Positions 61,652-64,000 of a stretch of DNA of 64,000 bases are shown piece by piece. A program made the position numbers and the translations under genes. How positions within the stretch are numbered: position 1 is the first letter of the stretch; each line of letters begins with the position of its first letter. This DNA is from Polynucleobacter sp. (GTDB taxonomy: Bacteria; Pseudomonadota; Gammaproteobacteria; Burkholderiales; Burkholderiaceae), in the NCBI RefSeq assembly GCF_044342855.1, contig NZ_JBIIPA010000008.1, positions 146 through 64,145 on the forward strand, given 5' to 3'. The notes beneath the pieces are model-generated. The model did no database searches and was not told the DNA's origin. It saw only the letters and a program-made list of their open reading frames with translations.

Positions 61652-63223
61652 ATGACTTTTTCTAAAGAAACTAATCCTACTGGAACTGAGTTCCAGAATT
61701 TCGCCCTCGCGGCGCCACTCCTTAAAAACGTTGCTGAGCTGGGTTATACCCAAGCCACTTCAGTGCAAGCTCAGGTTATTCCTGCTGCTCTCGCTGGTGG
61801 TGACTTATTGGTCAGCAGCCAAACTGGTAGCGGTAAAACCGCAGCCTTTTTATTGCCTTTGATTAATCAACTCATCGAAGACAACCCTAACGGCTCACCT
61901 GTACCAGGTCGCGCACAACCTAAAGTGTTAGTGCTCTGCCCTACTCGTGAATTAGCTCAACAGGTTGCCGCAGATGCAGTGAACTTAGTTCGCGGCATGA
62001 AAGGTATCCGTATTGCAACCGTCATGGGTGGCATGCCTTATGGCAAGCAAATCCAAGCACTGAAAGGTGCAATGTTAGTTGTCGCAACTCCTGGTCGCTT
62101 GCTCGACCTGACCGATAGCAAAGCAATTCGCTTAGATGATGTCAAACAACTCGTTATTGATGAAGCCGATCGCATGCTCGACATGGGATTTGCTGATGAT
62201 CTCGAGGCAATTGATAAGCGTTGCGCTGCTCGCACCCAAACATTGATGTTCTCTGCAACTTTTGCACCGAAGATTATGTCTTTGGCTAATGAGTTAACTA
62301 CCAACGCTAAACGTATTGAGCTTGCTCATGCTGGCGAAAAGCACGCAAACATTGAGCAGAAGCTCCACTGGGCTGACAGCATGTCACACAAACATAAATT
62401 GCTTGAGCACATTTTGGCTGATGCCTCTTTGGATCAAGCAGTGGTGTTTGCAAGCACTCAGATGGAAAGCGAAAAAATTGCTGACACCTTACGTGCCAAT
62501 GGTTACGAAGCTAGCGCCTTACACGGTGCAATGCCTCAAGCTGTTCGTATGCGTCGTCTTGAGTCTTTGCGCAAAGGTCACACCAAGATTTTGGTTGCGA
62601 CTGACGTAGCGGCTCGCGGTATTGACGTGCCACGTATTAGTCACGTGATTAACTTTGGCTTGCCAATGAAACCAGAAGACTATACGCATCGCATCGGTCG
62701 TACTGGTCGTGCGGGTCGTAATGGTGTTGCTATCACCTTGGTTGAACATCGTGATCGCGCCAAGATTCGTAATATCGAGCGCTTTACACAGCAAGACATC
62801 GTTGCTTCTGTTATCGCCGGCCTTGAGCCACAAGCCAAGCCTAGCTTTGGTGGTGGCGGTGGTCGCCCAGGTGGCGGTCGCTCTGGTGGTGGCTTTGGTG
62901 GTGGCAATCGCTCTGGTGGCGGTGGTGGTCGTTATGGTTCTGGTGCTCGTTCAGAGTCTCGTTCTGGTGGCGGAGGCGGTGGCAATCGCTCAGGCAATCA
63001 TTTCGAATCTCGCTCTGGCGATTCCCGTCCATCCGGTGACTCACGTCCATCTGGCGATTCACGTCCTGCTGGTGGCAATCGTTTTGCTGATTCACGTCCT
63101 GCACGCTCTGGTGACTCACGTCCTACCGGTGGCAATCGCTCTGGTGACTCACGTCCGTCGGCTGGCCCACGTTTTGCTAAACCAAAAGCTGGCGGTCAAC
63201 GTAGAAACTTTAGCGGTAGCTAA
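61652..63223 (+). CDS. DEAD-box ATP-dependent RNA helicase with a Gly/Arg/Ser-rich C-terminal tail
   Basis: Q motif (GYTQATSVQ), SQTGSGKTAAF, VIDEADRM, SAT and HRIGRTGRAG. The start is uncertain; in-frame ATGs occur at 61574, 61640 and 61652. Confidence 0.9.
   Translation: MTFSKETNPTGTEFQNFALAAPLLKNVAELGYTQATSVQAQVIPAALAGGDLLVSSQTGSGKTAAFLLPLINQLIEDNPNGSPVPGRAQPKVLVLCPTRELAQQVAADAVNLVRGMKGIRIATVMGGMPYGKQIQALKGAMLVVATPGRLLDLTDSKAIRLDDVKQLVIDEADRMLDMGFADDLEAIDKRCAARTQTLMFSATFAPKIMSLANELTTNAKRIELAHAGEKHANIEQKLHWADSMSHKHKLLEHILADASLDQAVVFASTQMESEKIADTLRANGYEASALHGAMPQAVRMRRLESLRKGHTKILVATDVAARGIDVPRISHVINFGLPMKPEDYTHRIGRTGRAGRNGVAITLVEHRDRAKIRNIERFTQQDIVASVIAGLEPQAKPSFGGGGGRPGGGRSGGGFGGGNRSGGGGGRYGSGARSESRSGGGGGGNRSGNHFESRSGDSRPSGDSRPSGDSRPAGGNRFADSRPARSGDSRPTGGNRSGDSRPSAGPRFAKPKAGGQRRNFSGS
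62849..63160 (+). repeat. in-frame low-complexity and tandem repeats encoding the helicase tail
   Basis: GGGGR/GGxxRSGG units are followed by five copies of G-D-S-R-P (GGYGAYTCHCGTCC-like units) between 63017 and 63157, the first three 18 nt apart. Confidence 0.7.
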
Positions 63224-63225
63224 AA

Positions 63226-63798
63226 ATGGTTCACCGTCGTCGCCTCCGTTCTGCATGGAATCGAGTCGATTCCGGTGAATTGCGCCAAGCGCCACGTAAG
63301 TGGCAGCCTTGGCTCAGCGATACCGGTTCTTTAACCCAAAAAATTGAACGTGCAATTGGACAAAAACTAGAAGTTCTAGTTTTGCGAGATTGCCGTCAAA
63401 ACCTAAATAGCGATGAGAGTCGCTATTTTCATTTCAAGATCAAACGTTGTCGCATCAGAGAGGTATTGCTTTGTGCCAATGGCATTCCGCTGGTGATGGC
63501 GCATAGTATTATCCCCAGCACTAGCTCAAGCGGTAGTAACCACGAGGTTTTGCGCCTAGGTAAAAAGCCTTTAGGTGCAGTGCTATTTGCCAAAACACGC
63601 ATGCACTCCAAACAGAAACCACCTCGAGAAATGGCGCGCCTAGATAAAAAAAGCGCCCTGCGGAGAAAATGCTTCCAGCAATATCCAGAACTGCCATCAG
63701 TCAATTGGGCAAGACGGACGCTATACCAACTGAAAGGTCGCCCACTCTTGGTAAGCGAAGTATTTCTGCCGGCACTACTCAACTACCCTGGCAATTAA
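63226..63798 (+). CDS. ubiC: chorismate pyruvate-lyase
   Basis: TGSLTQKIE, REVLLCANGIPLVMAHSIIP and RRTLYQLKGRPLLVSEVFLPA align with E. coli UbiC (REILLCADGEPW..., [21 protein letters not shown]). Confidence 0.8.
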   Translation: MVHRRRLRSAWNRVDSGELRQAPRKWQPWLSDTGSLTQKIERAIGQKLEVLVLRDCRQNLNSDESRYFHFKIKRCRIREVLLCANGIPLVMAHSIIPSTSSSGSNHEVLRLGKKPLGAVLFAKTRMHSKQKPPREMARLDKKSALRRKCFQQYPELPSVNWARRTLYQLKGRPLLVSEVFLPALLNYPGN

Positions 63799-64000
63799 AT
63801 AGATAACCAAGCTTGCGATGCGGCAATCAAAGCCTCATCGCCAGGCTCGCAAGCAAACACCTCACCAAAACCAATTTGCTCGGCAGCATCAGCAATATTG
63901 TGATGTGGGCAAATAGCTGTTGCGAGATCGAGTGGTAATTTTGCTTGACCTAAATAGCGCACTGCCTCGGATGAGGTGAGAAGCCAAAGTGATTTAGCAA
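63795..64000 (-). CDS. partial CDS (C-terminal 67 aa), possibly uroporphyrinogen-III synthase-like
   Basis: My own translation gives AKSLWLLTSSEAVRYLGQ...ICPHHNIADAAEQIGFGEVFA...; the TSSEAVR and PH..IA..A...GF pattern resembles HemD C-termini. The gene continues beyond the window. Its stop overlaps the ubiC stop. Confidence 0.35.
   Translation of the reverse strand, partial: AKSLWLLTSSEAVRYLGQAKLPLDLATAICPHHNIADAAEQIGFGEVFACEPGDEALIAASQAWLSI

Noticed and set aside
63017-63157. Regularly spaced short repeats that could be mistaken for a CRISPR-like array.
   Set aside because: The period is about 18 nt with no unique spacers. The repeats are in-frame inside a CDS and no cas genes are present. 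They are coding tandem repeats.
62680-63278. Long ORFs in alternative frames and on the opposite strand across the helicase tail (62709-63278 +, 62841-63119 -, 62680-62907 -).
   Set aside because: They are by-products of the Gly/Arg/Ser codon repeats. They have no RBS, show implausible V/A/L- or H/Q-only composition, and overlap a strongly supported helicase ORF completely.

Overview
The window looks like a chromosomal segment of a moderately low-GC betaproteobacterium. The serS-lolA-ftsK/trxB block and the Bug/Tct transporter suggest Burkholderiales, possibly Polynucleobacter-like; this is inference only, since no search was possible. Coding density is about 90% and I saw no rRNA, CRISPR array, transposase or integrase.

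- **1-14.2 kb:** a complete aryl-polyene (APE)-type type II PKS and lipid-export cluster in apeC-to-apeR order, followed by its own PPTase.
- **14.2-18.3 kb:** small lipoproteins, a methyltransferase, galE and tRNA-Ser(CGA).
- **18.3-30.8 kb:** housekeeping genes (serS, lolA, ftsK, trxB, ppa, nadE, glnB, a RodZ-like gene, an orphan response regulator, ilvD) and a BrnT/HTH toxin-antitoxin pair.
- **30.8-39.5 kb (most unusual part):** a minus-strand copper-type uptake region. It holds a PCu(A)C chaperone, three DUF2946 (CPYC) genes, two exported DsrE-fold CPxC proteins and two TonB-dependent receptors. One receptor carries the OprC-type CxxxM/HxM motif and the other is frameshifted. A roughly 467-bp mosaic repeat lies within the region.
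- **39.5-42.8 kb:** tctCBA, with tctC frameshifted.
- **42.9-50.7 kb:** a cyanophycin locus. A truncated cphA-like gene and a full-length cphA sit in tandem, divergent from an ABC exporter with an N-terminal extension and a DUF1854 gene.
- **50.8-64 kb:** fbp, pepN, a UPF0016 transporter, ald plus an amino-acid permease, tcdA, pdxH, msrA, an aldehyde dehydrogenase, a DEAD-box helicase with a repeat tail, ubiC and a partial HemD-like gene.

All calls rest on motif and architecture recognition and on manual reading of the sequence.
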